Assembly (NCBI GenBank): GCA_002309275.1
Contig: DBXL01000046.1
Span: forward strand, 1-32,447
Reading direction: 5' to 3'
Source of the DNA: Ruminococcaceae bacterium UBA1213
Lineage (GTDB): Bacteria > Bacillota > Clostridia > Oscillospirales > Acutalibacteraceae
Length of the DNA: 32,447 nt
The position numbers and the translations under genes were made by a program. The notes under the pieces are model-generated. The model saw only the letters and a list, made by a program, of their open reading frames with translations, was not told where the DNA came from and made no database searches. Shown one piece after another: positions 18,985 to 27,992 of this stretch (positions are counted from its first letter, which is position 1; each line of letters opens with the position of its first letter).

Positions 18985-19025
18985 GGACAGTTTTCTATGA
19001 AAGGAAAACTGTCCTTTTCGTTTTT
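18985..19025 (+). terminator. Orphan rho-independent terminator in a gene-free region
   Basis: GGACAGTTTTC (18985-18995) pairs with GAAAACTGTCC (19004-19014), followed by TTTTCGTTTTT. No ORF ends upstream of it, and the XRE gene already has its own terminator 200 nt earlier. Confidence 0.75.
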
Positions 19026-19066
19026 AGCATTTCTTCCGTACTCTATGCCCATTCACTATCCCCTAT

Positions 19067-19082
19067 TGTTTCACGTGAAACT
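19067..19082. other. parS centromere-like site (15/16)
   Basis: TGTTTCACGTGAAACT compared with the Firmicute parS consensus TGTTNCACGTGAAACA. Intergenic, upstream of the sigma-factor gene. Confidence 0.75.
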
Positions 19083-19168
19083 TTTTTCTGCTGTATCTGA
19101 ACCGAAAACCTTATTTCCACTGTTATTATATACAGAAGTACTTCAATCAATGCAGAGGAGGGTGAAAA

Positions 19169-19714
19169 TTGAATGACCACAGGCTTGCCAAAAGACTTAA
19201 ATCCAAAGACCAAAAGGCTTTCGAGAAAATTATAGAAAAATATACTCCGCTGGTTTCAACTGTTATTTATAATACTTCCAAAGGCTCTCTGACTAAAGAG
19301 GATATTGAGGAAACTGTTACTGATGTCTTTATTACACTATGGAACAATGCCGACAATGTTATTGAGGATAAACTTAAAGGCTATCTCTGCCGTATTGCAA
19401 AAACAAGGGCTTTAAACAAAATCTCTGCTGTCAACGCCCATCCGCTTTTAAACATTGACGATTTTGATTTTCAGGATGACTTTTCAATATCTGCCGAAGT
19501 CGAAAATAAACAGCTTGCAAACGAACTGCGTGAGATCATCTCTAAAATCCAAATGCCTGACAGGGAAATTATCGTCAGATACTACTACTATTCCCAGAAT
19601 ACCACTCAAATCGCCAAAGTTATGAATCTTAATCCCAATACGGTCAAAACGAAGTTAAGACGTTCCAGGGACAAAATTAAAACCAAACTTATAGAAAGGG
19701 GATATACCATATGA
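19169..19714 (+). CDS. RNA polymerase sigma factor, sigma-70/ECF-type
   Basis: 181 aa with region 2 (FEKIIEKYTPLVSTVIYN...DVFITLW) and region 4 HTH (REIIVRYYYYSQNTTQIAKVMNLNPNTVKTKLRRSR). TTG start 7 nt after GAGGAGG. Confidence 0.85.
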   Translation: MNDHRLAKRLKSKDQKAFEKIIEKYTPLVSTVIYNTSKGSLTKEDIEETVTDVFITLWNNADNVIEDKLKGYLCRIAKTRALNKISAVNAHPLLNIDDFDFQDDFSISAEVENKQLANELREIISKIQMPDREIIVRYYYYSQNTTQIAKVMNLNPNTVKTKLRRSRDKIKTKLIERGYTI

Positions 19715-21072
19715 AAACTACTTTAAAAAATGCTTTCAATGATTGGAACGATGACCTGATTGATATTTCCACAAATACCCTGTGTGAAGATACGGGAATT
19801 TCGAGTGACTCCATAAAATTAAGCGTCCTTTCACAGCTCGCTCTCAACAAAAAGAAAAAAATTTTCGGCAGGTCCTTTAAATTTACAGTTATAGCCGCTA
19901 CTCTTGCAACCGCTCTTATCATCGGTACAACCGCTATTAATGCCAACGGCGGTGTACAGCTGGTGTTGGAAGAATTCTTTGGCGGAAATATGAATTCGGC
20001 AGGTCTTTATGATGGCGGTGATGTTAAAATTACAAGCCTGGATCCTAATTTGGATATTGAATTTCTTGGAGTTACAGGGGACGAAAGAAACGTTTATGCA
20101 GTTATTGAAATATTTAAAAAAGACAATACTGCTTTTACGGACGGAGGTTACATCAATCCTACCATGTCAGCGGACAACAGAGGACAACAGGAATTTATAA
20201 ACAGTATCCAAAAAAATCCGCCCGAAACACCTGATGAACTTATATCAAAAATGAATACATTTTATGGTATTCGGGCTGTATGCAGAGATAGAAACGGCAA
20301 CAACTTTGGATTTGGCGATAACGGAAATGCTGGTATTATTCCTAAATATTATCTTAGTGATGACAGAAAAATTCTGAAAATACTTGTACATCTTGATATG
20401 CAAAGTGCCAGCGGTACAAAACATTTGGATGCCCGTGACGGCACTATGACAATTATAAGCACAAGTTTCTCGGCTCTCAAAAATATTCAAACCATAGCAG
20501 CTTATGACAAAGATGATCAAAATATGTGGAGTGAAGAAACATTCAAAGCTTTTCAGGAAAAGTGCAGAGAAATGAATATAGGCGATACGGATTGGAGAAC
20601 TCTCTACACTCCTGATAAAATGATACGCTGTGTTGTAGATGAAAAACAATATCCTTTGCCGTTTGAAATTACATTTACAATGAATTATAGAAACAATGGC
20701 AATATCAAAAAATCTTTGCACCATTCCGATGCACCGCATTTTATAGAAAAAAATACAAAGACTGTCGATATGACTGTTTCGGCATTTCAAATTTATATCT
20801 ATGGACACAGTGATGACGTTTATAAACAACGCCTTTTTCAACCCATCGATATGAAAAACTCAAAGGTGATTTTCAATGATGGAACCGAATTATATTTGGA
20901 AGGAACTCAGGGCTCGGGCGGCGGAGGTCCTGCTTCGGGAGAAGTGCATGACAGCGTTATTTTGAGTTACAGAACTATGCCTGATCTCACATACTATCTT
21001 GAAGATACTCTCATTGATACAAGGGAGATTAAACAAATTATAATAAACGGCGACACCGTTTACAGCAGATAA
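19711..21072 (+). CDS. Putative membrane-anchored anti-sigma factor with large extracytoplasmic domain
   Basis: Start overlaps the sigma gene stop (ATGA). It has a short cytoplasmic N-terminus, a single TM (FKFTVIAATLATALIIGTTAI) and a roughly 370-aa external domain with no motif I recognise. No HxxxCxxC zinc motif. The role is inferred from context. Confidence 0.55.
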   Translation: MKTTLKNAFNDWNDDLIDISTNTLCEDTGISSDSIKLSVLSQLALNKKKKIFGRSFKFTVIAATLATALIIGTTAINANGGVQLVLEEFFGGNMNSAGLYDGGDVKITSLDPNLDIEFLGVTGDERNVYAVIEIFKKDNTAFTDGGYINPTMSADNRGQQEFINSIQKNPPETPDELISKMNTFYGIRAVCRDRNGNNFGFGDNGNAGIIPKYYLSDDRKILKILVHLDMQSASGTKHLDARDGTMTIISTSFSALKNIQTIAAYDKDDQNMWSEETFKAFQEKCREMNIGDTDWRTLYTPDKMIRCVVDEKQYPLPFEITFTMNYRNNGNIKKSLHHSDAPHFIEKNTKTVDMTVSAFQIYIYGHSDDVYKQRLFQPIDMKNSKVIFNDGTELYLEGTQGSGGGGPASGEVHDSVILSYRTMPDLTYYLEDTLIDTREIKQIIINGDTVYSR

Positions 21073-21136
21073 AATTTATATCCGAAAAACAAAATGTTTT
21101 ATGCGAAACATTTCTGTTGAATGAAAAATAAGGATT

Positions 21137-21172
21137 GGGGAGTGGGATAATATTTCTTACTCCTCATTTTTT
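21137..21172 (+). terminator. Rho-independent terminator after the sigma/anti-sigma operon
   Basis: GGGGAGTGGGA pairs with TCTTACTCCTC (11 pairs including G-U), 7-nt loop, followed by ATTTTTT. Confidence 0.6.
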
Positions 21173-21187
21173 ATTCCTCATTAAAAA

Positions 21188-21203
21188 TGTTTCACGTGAA
21201 ACA
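21188..21203. other. parS centromere-like site (perfect palindrome)
   Basis: TGTTTCACGTGAAACA, embedded in ATGTTTCACGTGAAACAT. Intergenic, 80 nt upstream of mnmG. Confidence 0.85.
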
Positions 21204-21282
21204 TTTTATTATTGACTGTACAAATCGAATTGTTTGTATTATAATAGGAGTGAAATTATTTGGAATGAGGATTGATGTATCA

Positions 21283-23184
21283 ATGAAGTTTGTAGCAGGT
21301 GAATTTGATGTGGCTGTGGTCGGGGCAGGTCATGCCGGCATTGAGGCTGGTCTGGCTTCTGCAAGGCTCGGCTGCAAAACAGCAGTTTTTACTATCAATA
21401 TGGATGCCGTCGGAAACTGTCCGTGCAACCCGTCTATAGGCGGTACGGCTAAAGGGCATCTTGTCAGGGAAATTGACGCTCTTGGCGGTGAAATGGGAAA
21501 AGCCGCTGATGAATGCTTTTTACAAATAAGAATGCTCAACAAGGGAAAAGGTCCGGCTGTTCATTCGCTCAGAGCTCAGATTGACAGAAGGGCTTACAGT
21601 ACCAGAATGAAGCATACGCTTGAATTACAGGAAAATCTTGAACTCCGTCAGGCTGAAATAACCAATCTTGAAAGAAACAGTGACGGCAGATGGCTCTTAA
21701 CAACTCGTCTTGAGGCACAATATATTGCAAAAGCCGTTATACTCGCAACAGGCACTTATCTCGGTGGTAAAATATATGTGGGCGATGTTTCCTATGAAAG
21801 CGGTCCGGATGGAATGTTCCCGTCAAAGTATCTTCCCGATGCACTCGAAAAATTGGGAATGTCTATAAGAAGATTTAAAACAGGTACTCCGGCACGTGTA
21901 CTTAAGTCAAGTATTGATTTCACTGATTTGGAAGAACAATGCGGAGATGAACCGGTTGTGCCGTTTTCGTATGACACCGACGAGCCAAAGGAAAATAAAG
22001 TGAAATGCTATGTGAGCTGGACAAATGACAAAACAAAGCAAATTATTCTGGATAATATCCACCGTTCTCCTATGTACAGTGGAAAAATTGAGGGAGTTGG
22101 TCCCAGATACTGTCCAAGTATAGAAGATAAGATAGTGCGTTTTTCTGACAAGCAAAGGCATCAATTATTTATAGAGCCTTGTGGTATGGATACTGAAGAA
22201 ATGTATTTACAGGGAATGTCATCATCATTGCCGGAAGATGTGCAGATTGCTTTCTATCATTCTATCAAGGGATTGGAAAACTGTGTCGTTATGCGTCCTG
22301 CTTATGCGATAGAATACTACTGTGCGGATCCCGTTCAAATGAATGGAACTCTTGAATTCAGAAATTTTCCGGGTTTATACGGTGCAGGTCAATTCAACGG
22401 AAGCTCTGGATATGAAGAAGCTGCTGCACAAGGACTTATTGCAGGTATCAATGCGGCACTTAAAATAAATGGTAAAAAGCCGTTGGTGCTTGACCGTGCA
22501 AGTTCCTATATTGGTACACTGATTGATGACCTTGTTACAAAGGGCTGCAATGATCCTTATAGAATGATGACATCAAGAAGTGAATACAGACTTATTCTGC
22601 GTCAGGATAATGCTGATACCAGAATGACGGCCATTGGCAGAGAAATTGGACTCGTCACTGATGAACGCTGGAAAAAGTTCAATACAAAACAGGAGCTTAT
22701 CAAAAAAGAACTGGAACGTATCAGAAAGACAGTTATATCACCATCGGAAAAACTGAATGAAATACTTCGTCTTCATAATACATCGGAAGTAAGTACAGGT
22801 ATCAGATTAATTGAACTTCTGAAACGTCCCGAACTTTCCTATGATATTCTGAAAGAGATAGATACAACCCGCCCCGAACTGAACAGAAATATATTGGAAC
22901 AAATTGAAATAGAAATAAAATATGAAGGATATATCAAAAGACAGCTTATTATTATTGAGCAGGTGAGAAAGCTGGAAAAGAAAATTTTGCCTGATGATAT
23001 TGACTATGCGAAGATAGATGGACTGAGCCTTGAAGCAAGAGAAAAATTGAATAAAGTGCGTCCCGGAAATATCGGTCAGGCAAGCCGTATATCTGGTGTC
23101 AGTCCTGCGGATATATCTGTACTTGTCATATACCTTGCATCACTCAGAAATAAGGAGAATAAAAATGCTGATACAGATACTTGA
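21283..23184 (+). CDS. mnmG: tRNA uridine 5-carboxymethylaminomethyl modification enzyme MnmG (GidA)
   Basis: FDVAVVGAGHAGIEA FAD-binding fold, GPRYCPSIEDK motif, 633 aa. Start at ATG 21283 (GAGGA upstream). The ORF-track start at 21187 is the ATG inside the parS palindrome. Confidence 0.97.
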   Translation: MKFVAGEFDVAVVGAGHAGIEAGLASARLGCKTAVFTINMDAVGNCPCNPSIGGTAKGHLVREIDALGGEMGKAADECFLQIRMLNKGKGPAVHSLRAQIDRRAYSTRMKHTLELQENLELRQAEITNLERNSDGRWLLTTRLEAQYIAKAVILATGTYLGGKIYVGDVSYESGPDGMFPSKYLPDALEKLGMSIRRFKTGTPARVLKSSIDFTDLEEQCGDEPVVPFSYDTDEPKENKVKCYVSWTNDKTKQIILDNIHRSPMYSGKIEGVGPRYCPSIEDKIVRFSDKQRHQLFIEPCGMDTEEMYLQGMSSSLPEDVQIAFYHSIKGLENCVVMRPAYAIEYYCADPVQMNGTLEFRNFPGLYGAGQFNGSSGYEEAAAQGLIAGINAALKINGKKPLVLDRASSYIGTLIDDLVTKGCNDPYRMMTSRSEYRLILRQDNADTRMTAIGREIGLVTDERWKKFNTKQELIKKELERIRKTVISPSEKLNEILRLHNTSEVSTGIRLIELLKRPELSYDILKEIDTTRPELNRNILEQIEIEIKYEGYIKRQLIIIEQVRKLEKKILPDDIDYAKIDGLSLEAREKLNKVRPGNIGQASRISGVSPADISVLVIYLASLRNKENKNADTDT

Positions 23185-23872
23185 AAATTGGTGCAGTGAA
23201 AATAATATTCCTATTAATGACGAACAGAAGGCTCATTTTCAAATATATGCCCAAATGCTTGTTGAGTGGAATAAAAAAATGAATCTGACATCCATTGTCC
23301 GAGAAGATGAAATTGCCGTAAAGCACTTTATAGACAGTATTTCTGTTATAAGATATATAGATTTAAAAAAAGAGGCAAGCCTGATAGACATTGGAACGGG
23401 AGCTGGATTTCCGGGAATACCTCTCAAAATTATGTGTCCTGACATAAAACTGACGCTGCTTGACAGCCTGAACAAAAGACTGATTTTCCTTGATGAAGTT
23501 TGCAAGCTCATCAATGCAAAAGCAGATATAGTTCATGCCCGTGCGGAAGAACTCAGTCACAAAGAGGACTACAGAGAAAAGTTTGACTATGCAATTTCAA
23601 GAGCTGTTGCTAATCTGCCATCACTTTGCGAGTACTGTATGCCTTATGTAAAAAAAGGTGGTCTGTTTATATCAATGAAAGGTTCAGATGGAGAAAAGGA
23701 GCTTTCACTTGCACAAAATGCGGTTTCCGTTTTAGGCGGAAAAGTCGAGAAATTATATCACTTTCGCCTTCCGGATGAAAGTATGAGGAGTATTATAACT
23801 ATTTCCAAAATTTCATGCACTCCTTCTCAATATCCACGCAGAGGTACAAAAATTTCTAAAAATCCGCTTTGA
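23165..23872 (+). CDS. rsmG: 16S rRNA (guanine527-N7)-methyltransferase RsmG (GidB)
   Basis: NLTSI...KHFIDS...DIGTGAGFPGIPLKI SAM-binding motif. AAGGAG RBS. ATG 23165 overlaps the mnmG 3' end by 20 nt. Confidence 0.93.
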   Translation: MLIQILENWCSENNIPINDEQKAHFQIYAQMLVEWNKKMNLTSIVREDEIAVKHFIDSISVIRYIDLKKEASLIDIGTGAGFPGIPLKIMCPDIKLTLLDSLNKRLIFLDEVCKLINAKADIVHARAEELSHKEDYREKFDYAISRAVANLPSLCEYCMPYVKKGGLFISMKGSDGEKELSLAQNAVSVLGGKVEKLYHFRLPDESMRSIITISKISCTPSQYPRRGTKISKNPL

Positions 23873-23903
23873 ATTTTGGGAGTCTGAGCAGCGGAAAAAA
23901 TAA

Positions 23904-23935
23904 AAGCCGACAGCTTGTTTCAAGTCTGTCGGCTT
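23904..23935. terminator. Bidirectional terminator between rsmG and noc
   Basis: AAGCCGACAG (23904-23913) pairs with CTGTCGGCTT (23926-23935). It is flanked by an A-run on the left and TTGG on the right. Confidence 0.8.
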
Positions 23936-23984
23936 TTGGAATGTCAGGGATATATCAGTCAATACTTTGTATAATAACGGAGAT

Positions 23985-24815
23985 TTAGGCGATAAGTCCG
24001 CCGTCATGACCGGTTGGCATTTTAGGTATCTGTATAACGTATTCTATAAGGTCATCATTTTCTGTTTGAAGTTTTACAGCAGGTATTCCTGCTTCACGCA
24101 TGGTATTTACAGCATTTTCTATGGTATTTTCAAAAATTCTTATATCTTTTATAACAGCCTTTTTGCATTGAAATTGTTTTCTGCGAACTTTGGATTCATG
24201 CAGTATTTCATCAATATATTCTTCGGACTGTGTTACATTCATATTATTTTCTACTATCTCGCTCAGTACAATACGTCTTTCTGTTTCGTCGGATATTTTA
24301 AGTATGGCCTTTACATGACGTTCAGTAAGATGTGCTTTAAGAATAATCTTTCTCTCATCAAAGCCTAAATCGAGTACACGCAACTTACTCGTAACAAAGG
24401 AAGGTCTTTGTCCTATATGAACCGCAAGTTCCTGACGTGTAATATGGCAGCAGGAAATAATATTTTTTATAATCTCGGCTTCCTCGAAAAAATTCAGTTC
24501 GCTTCTCTGAAGATTTTCTGTAAGAGAAAAAAGGATTGCCTGTGTATCACTGCACGAAACGATGATGCATGGAACGGTTGAAAGTCCACATATAGCAGCG
24601 GCTCTGAGTCGTCTCTCTCCGGCAATAAGCTCATATTCCATATTCGTCACTTTTCTGACGGTGAGAGGCTGAATGATCCCGTTTTTTTCAATGCTGACAG
24701 CAAGTTCATTGAGTTTATCACGGCTGTAATCTTTTCTGGAAGCCGTTTTGGAAGATCTGATTTGTACAAGCGGAATCTCAATGATTTTTCTGATAGTTGG
24801 ATTATTAAACAGCAT
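23985..24815 (-). CDS. noc: Noc-type ParB-family protein (nucleoid occlusion protein-like)
   Basis: ParB N-terminal domain with GERRLRAA. The C-terminus, DIRIFENTIENAVNTMREAGI...EYVIQIPK, parallels the B. subtilis Noc tail (RIAMNTIRQSL...EYIQLTIRIPK), which Spo0J lacks. AAAGGAG RBS. Confidence 0.75.
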   Translation of the reverse strand: MLFNNPTIRKIIEIPLVQIRSSKTASRKDYSRDKLNELAVSIEKNGIIQPLTVRKVTNMEYELIAGERRLRAAAICGLSTVPCIIVSCSDTQAILFSLTENLQRSELNFFEEAEIIKNIISCCHITRQELAVHIGQRPSFVTSKLRVLDLGFDERKIILKAHLTERHVKAILKISDETERRIVLSEIVENNMNVTQSEEYIDEILHESKVRRKQFQCKKAVIKDIRIFENTIENAVNTMREAGIPAVKLQTENDDLIEYVIQIPKMPTGHDGGLIA

Positions 24816-24895
24816 ATTGCTCTACTCCTTTCGTTTATGTATATTATAATGAACAGAAATTGAAATTTTTGTTGTATCATGTCATAAACCAAAAA

Positions 24896-24911
24896 TGTTT
24901 CACGTGAAACA
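24896..24911. other. parS centromere-like site (perfect palindrome)
   Basis: TGTTTCACGTGAAACA in the divergent noc / parA intergenic region. Confidence 0.85.
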
Positions 24912-24933
24912 TTCATATTTGAAAATTTAATTG

Positions 24934-24962
24934 TTGCTATTGGAAAGCTTTAGTGATATAAT
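24934..24962 (+). promoter_or_regulatory. Putative sigma-A promoter of parA-parB
   Basis: -35 TTGCTA (24934-24939), 17-nt spacer, extended -10 TGA-TATAAT (24954-24962), 35 nt upstream of ATG 24997. Confidence 0.55.
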
Positions 24963-24996
24963 ATGTACGTCAGAGGATCTGAAAGGGGGAAAAATA

Positions 24997-25761
24997 ATGG
25001 GTAAGACAATAGCAGTAACCAATCAAAAGGGCGGTGTTGGAAAAACCACTACAGCAGTCAATGCTGCGGCAGGTATTGCAAAGTTGGGATATAAAGTTCT
25101 TCTTATAGACACCGATCCTCAAGGAAATGCAACAAGTGGTGTCGGAGTTGACAAGAGGTCGATAAAGTATTCTGCATACAGCATCATAGTTGATGATGTA
25201 AAGGCGGAAGATGCCGTTTTGCATACTGAGTTTGAAGGACTTGATGTCATACCGTCAAGCATAGAGCTTGCTGCGGCAGAACTGGAGCTTGCTGACCTTG
25301 AACACAGAGAAGCAAGACTGAAAAATGCTTTGGCAGCAGTCAAGGGGGAGTATGACTATATATTCATAGACTGTCCGCCGTCGCTTGGACTTATTACAAC
25401 AAATGCACTTTGTGCAGCAGATACGATACTTGTGCCGATACAGCCGGAGTATTATGCACTGGAGGGCTTGTCACAGCTTATTGCAACGGTAAGACTTGTA
25501 AAGAGAAGATACAATCCCTATCTTGAAATAGAGGGAGTATTGCTGACCATGTATGACGGCAGACTTAATTTAACGCAGCAGGTCGTACAGGAAGTGAAGA
25601 AGTTTTTTCCAAAAAAAGTATTTTCATCTGTCATTCCAAGAGGTGTCAGACTGTCTGAAGCACCAAGTTTTGGAATGCCTATCATGTATTTTGACAAGTC
25701 GTGTAAAGGCTCACTGGCATATATGGAACTGTCAAGGGAGATTGTTGAAAATAATAAGTAA
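24997..25761 (+). CDS. parA: Chromosome partitioning ATPase ParA (Soj)
   Basis: MGKTIAVTNQKGGVGKTTT deviant Walker A, 254 aa, GGGGGA RBS. The ORF-track start at 24931 lies in the promoter. Confidence 0.95.
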   Translation: MGKTIAVTNQKGGVGKTTTAVNAAAGIAKLGYKVLLIDTDPQGNATSGVGVDKRSIKYSAYSIIVDDVKAEDAVLHTEFEGLDVIPSSIELAAAELELADLEHREARLKNALAAVKGEYDYIFIDCPPSLGLITTNALCAADTILVPIQPEYYALEGLSQLIATVRLVKRRYNPYLEIEGVLLTMYDGRLNLTQQVVQEVKKFFPKKVFSSVIPRGVRLSEAPSFGMPIMYFDKSCKGSLAYMELSREIVENNK

Positions 25762-25790
25762 TCAACTATGAAATGGGGGAGTGATGATGG

Positions 25791-26642
25791 ATGGCAGTCA
25801 AAAAGGGCGGTCTCGGAAAAGGGCTTAGTGCGATATTTCTTGAAAACGAAAATGAAAGCTTGGGAAGCACAGTGTTGCCGGTATCAGAGATAGAGCCGAA
25901 TCGTTCACAGCCAAGACGTGATTTTGATGAAGAAAGTCTTCGTGAACTTGCAGACTCCATTGCGGCACACGGTGTATTGCAGCCGCTGCTTGTCAGACCG
26001 CTTGCGGAAGGCGGCTATCAGCTTGTTGCGGGTGAACGCAGATGGCGTGCGAGCCGTATGGCAGGATTGTTTGAAGTTCCCGTGATTATCAGAGAGATGA
26101 CGGATTCCGAAATGATGCAGATTGCAATGATAGAGAATCTGCAAAGGGAAAATTTAAATCCTGTTGAAGAGGCTATGGGATACAGGATGCTTATAGATGA
26201 GTATCATCTGACGCAGGAAGAGATTTCAAAATCTGTGGGAAAAAGCAGACCTGTTATAGCAAATGCATTGAGGATATTGTCACTGCCGAAAGAAATACTT
26301 GACATGGTGAGTGAGGGAAAGATTTCTGCAGGTCATGCAAGAGCACTGCTGAGTTTTTCGGATAAAGCCGAACAAATGAGGGTTGCAAGGTCGATACCTG
26401 AAAAGGACCTGACGGTAAGGGATGTGGAGAAGCTTGTAAAGAGTTTTGACAGACCTGAAAAGAGGGAAATGGAAATATCGCATGAAAACACCTTTTTCGG
26501 TGAAGTAGAGATTGCATTGAAGGAGTACCTGAAAAGAAAAGTCAGGGTAATAGGCAAAGGGGATAAAGCAGGTATCCTGCAGATAGAATTTTATGATGAA
26601 GAGGATCTTGCAGAGATTGCAAGACTTTTTGCTGAAAAGTAG
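25791..26642 (+). CDS. parB: Chromosome partitioning protein ParB (Spo0J)
   Basis: KGGLGKGLSAIF N-terminus, NRSQPRRDF box, GERRWRAS CTPase motif, HTH and dimerisation tail. Confidence 0.95.
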   Translation: MAVKKGGLGKGLSAIFLENENESLGSTVLPVSEIEPNRSQPRRDFDEESLRELADSIAAHGVLQPLLVRPLAEGGYQLVAGERRWRASRMAGLFEVPVIIREMTDSEMMQIAMIENLQRENLNPVEEAMGYRMLIDEYHLTQEEISKSVGKSRPVIANALRILSLPKEILDMVSEGKISAGHARALLSFSDKAEQMRVARSIPEKDLTVRDVEKLVKSFDRPEKREMEISHENTFFGEVEIALKEYLKRKVRVIGKGDKAGILQIEFYDEEDLAEIARLFAEK

Positions 26643-26710
26643 TGGAATATTTTTTGAATATGTGTTATAATGATTTTTGCGGAAATTATATATAAAGGAG
26701 TCTGGAAAAT

Positions 26711-27991
26711 ATGATTGACATTAAGTATCTGAGGGAAAAGCCGGAAGAGATAAAGGCAAGAATCAAAAAGAGAGAGATGGATCTCGACAGCGTTGTAGAT
26801 GAGATTCTCACTGTAGATGCACAGAAGCGTGAGCAGATGGGCAAGATTGAAGCGATGAAAGCGGAGAAGAATGCCGCAAGTAAGCAGATACCGCAGATAA
26901 AGAAAGCAGGCGGAGATGTTTCGGAGATAATGGCAAAGATGAAGGAGACAGGTGTGCTTATCGCAGAGGGAGAAGCTGTTATAAAAGAGCTTGACGACAA
27001 GCAGACGGATTTGCTTTTGTCACTGCCGAATTTGCCTGATGATGATGTATGTGCCGGCGGTAAGGAGCAGAATGAGCCTGTAAGATATTTCGGAGAGAAA
27101 CCGCAGTTTAGTTTTCCGATGAAGAATCATGTAGAACTTTGTGAAAGTCTTGGAATGATAGACTATCAGAGAGGAGCAAAGATTGCAGGTGCAGGAAGCT
27201 GGCTGTACAGAGGCTGGGGTTCAAGGCTTGAATGGGCATTGCTGAACTTTTTCATAGAGGAGCATATCAATGACGGATTTGAATTCATACTGCCGCCGCA
27301 TATGCTTGGTTATCAGTGCGGATATGTAGCAGGACAGTTTCCGAAGTTCAGGGATGAAGTTTATTGGATACAGAATCCCACAAGCAATGATGAGAAGTTC
27401 ATGCTGCCGACAGCAGAAACAGCCCTTGTCAATCTTCATAGGGATGAGATTATACCGACAGAGGAGCTTCCTAAAAAATACATAGCATATACACCTTGTT
27501 ATAGACGTGAAGCCGGCAGCTACCGTTCAGAAGAAAGAGGAATGATTAGGGGACATCAGTTCAATAAGGTAGAGATGGTGCAGTACACGGAAGATGACAA
27601 GTCAGATATTGCATTCAAGGAGCTTGTTGAAAAGGCAGAAAGACTTGTGCAGGAATTGGGACTTCACTACAGATTAAGTAAATTGGCAGCAGGTGACTGT
27701 TCATTCTCAATGGCAAGAACATATGATATAGAAGTATGGATACCGAGTATGGAGATATATAAAGAGGTAAGCTCTGCATCAAATGCCCGTGACTATCAGG
27801 CACGCAGGGGAAATGTACGTTACAGAGGCGAGGACAAGAAACTGCATTTTGCCCACACGCTGAATGCATCGGGACTTGCGACGAGCCGTGTAATACCTGC
27901 CATTGTAGAGCAGTATCAGAATGAAGACGGTTCAGTAACAGTTCCAAAGGTATTGCGCAAGTATATGGGAATCGATGTCATCAAAAAATAA
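26711..27991 (+). CDS. serS: Seryl-tRNA synthetase
   Basis: MIDIKYLREKPEEIK coiled-coil N-terminal arm and class II motifs (TPCYRREAGS, GLATSR). AAAGGAG RBS. Confidence 0.97.
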   Translation: MIDIKYLREKPEEIKARIKKREMDLDSVVDEILTVDAQKREQMGKIEAMKAEKNAASKQIPQIKKAGGDVSEIMAKMKETGVLIAEGEAVIKELDDKQTDLLLSLPNLPDDDVCAGGKEQNEPVRYFGEKPQFSFPMKNHVELCESLGMIDYQRGAKIAGAGSWLYRGWGSRLEWALLNFFIEEHINDGFEFILPPHMLGYQCGYVAGQFPKFRDEVYWIQNPTSNDEKFMLPTAETALVNLHRDEIIPTEELPKKYIAYTPCYRREAGSYRSEERGMIRGHQFNKVEMVQYTEDDKSDIAFKELVEKAERLVQELGLHYRLSKLAAGDCSFSMARTYDIEVWIPSMEIYKEVSSASNARDYQARRGNVRYRGEDKKLHFAHTLNASGLATSRVIPAIVEQYQNEDGSVTVPKVLRKYMGIDVIKK

Positions 27992-27992
27992 A

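Noticed and set aside
21095-21110. Fifth parS-like palindrome, TGTTTTATGCGAAACA
   Set aside because: It matches only 13/16 to the site used four times elsewhere, with changes in the central CACGTG core. It is more likely a weak AT-rich hairpin after the anti-sigma gene or a decayed site, so it is not called.
21187-21282. ORF-track start of mnmG at MFHVKH
   Set aside because: That ATG is part of the 18-bp parS palindrome ATGTTTCACGTGAAACAT, which reads ATG-TTT-CAC-GTG-AAA-CAT on both strands. MnmG homologues start a few residues before the FAD-binding GxGxAG motif, which fits ATG 21283.
24931-24996. N-terminal extension of parA (non-ATG start at 24931)
   Set aside because: It overlaps the predicted -35/-10 promoter. 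ParA/Soj proteins begin directly at the MxKxIAxxNQKGGVGKTT P-loop (ATG 24997, with RBS).
26643-26710. T-box leader upstream of serS
   Set aside because: Only 68 nt separate parB from serS. That is far too short for a T-box (about 200-300 nt), and no T-box sequence or terminator/antiterminator is visible.
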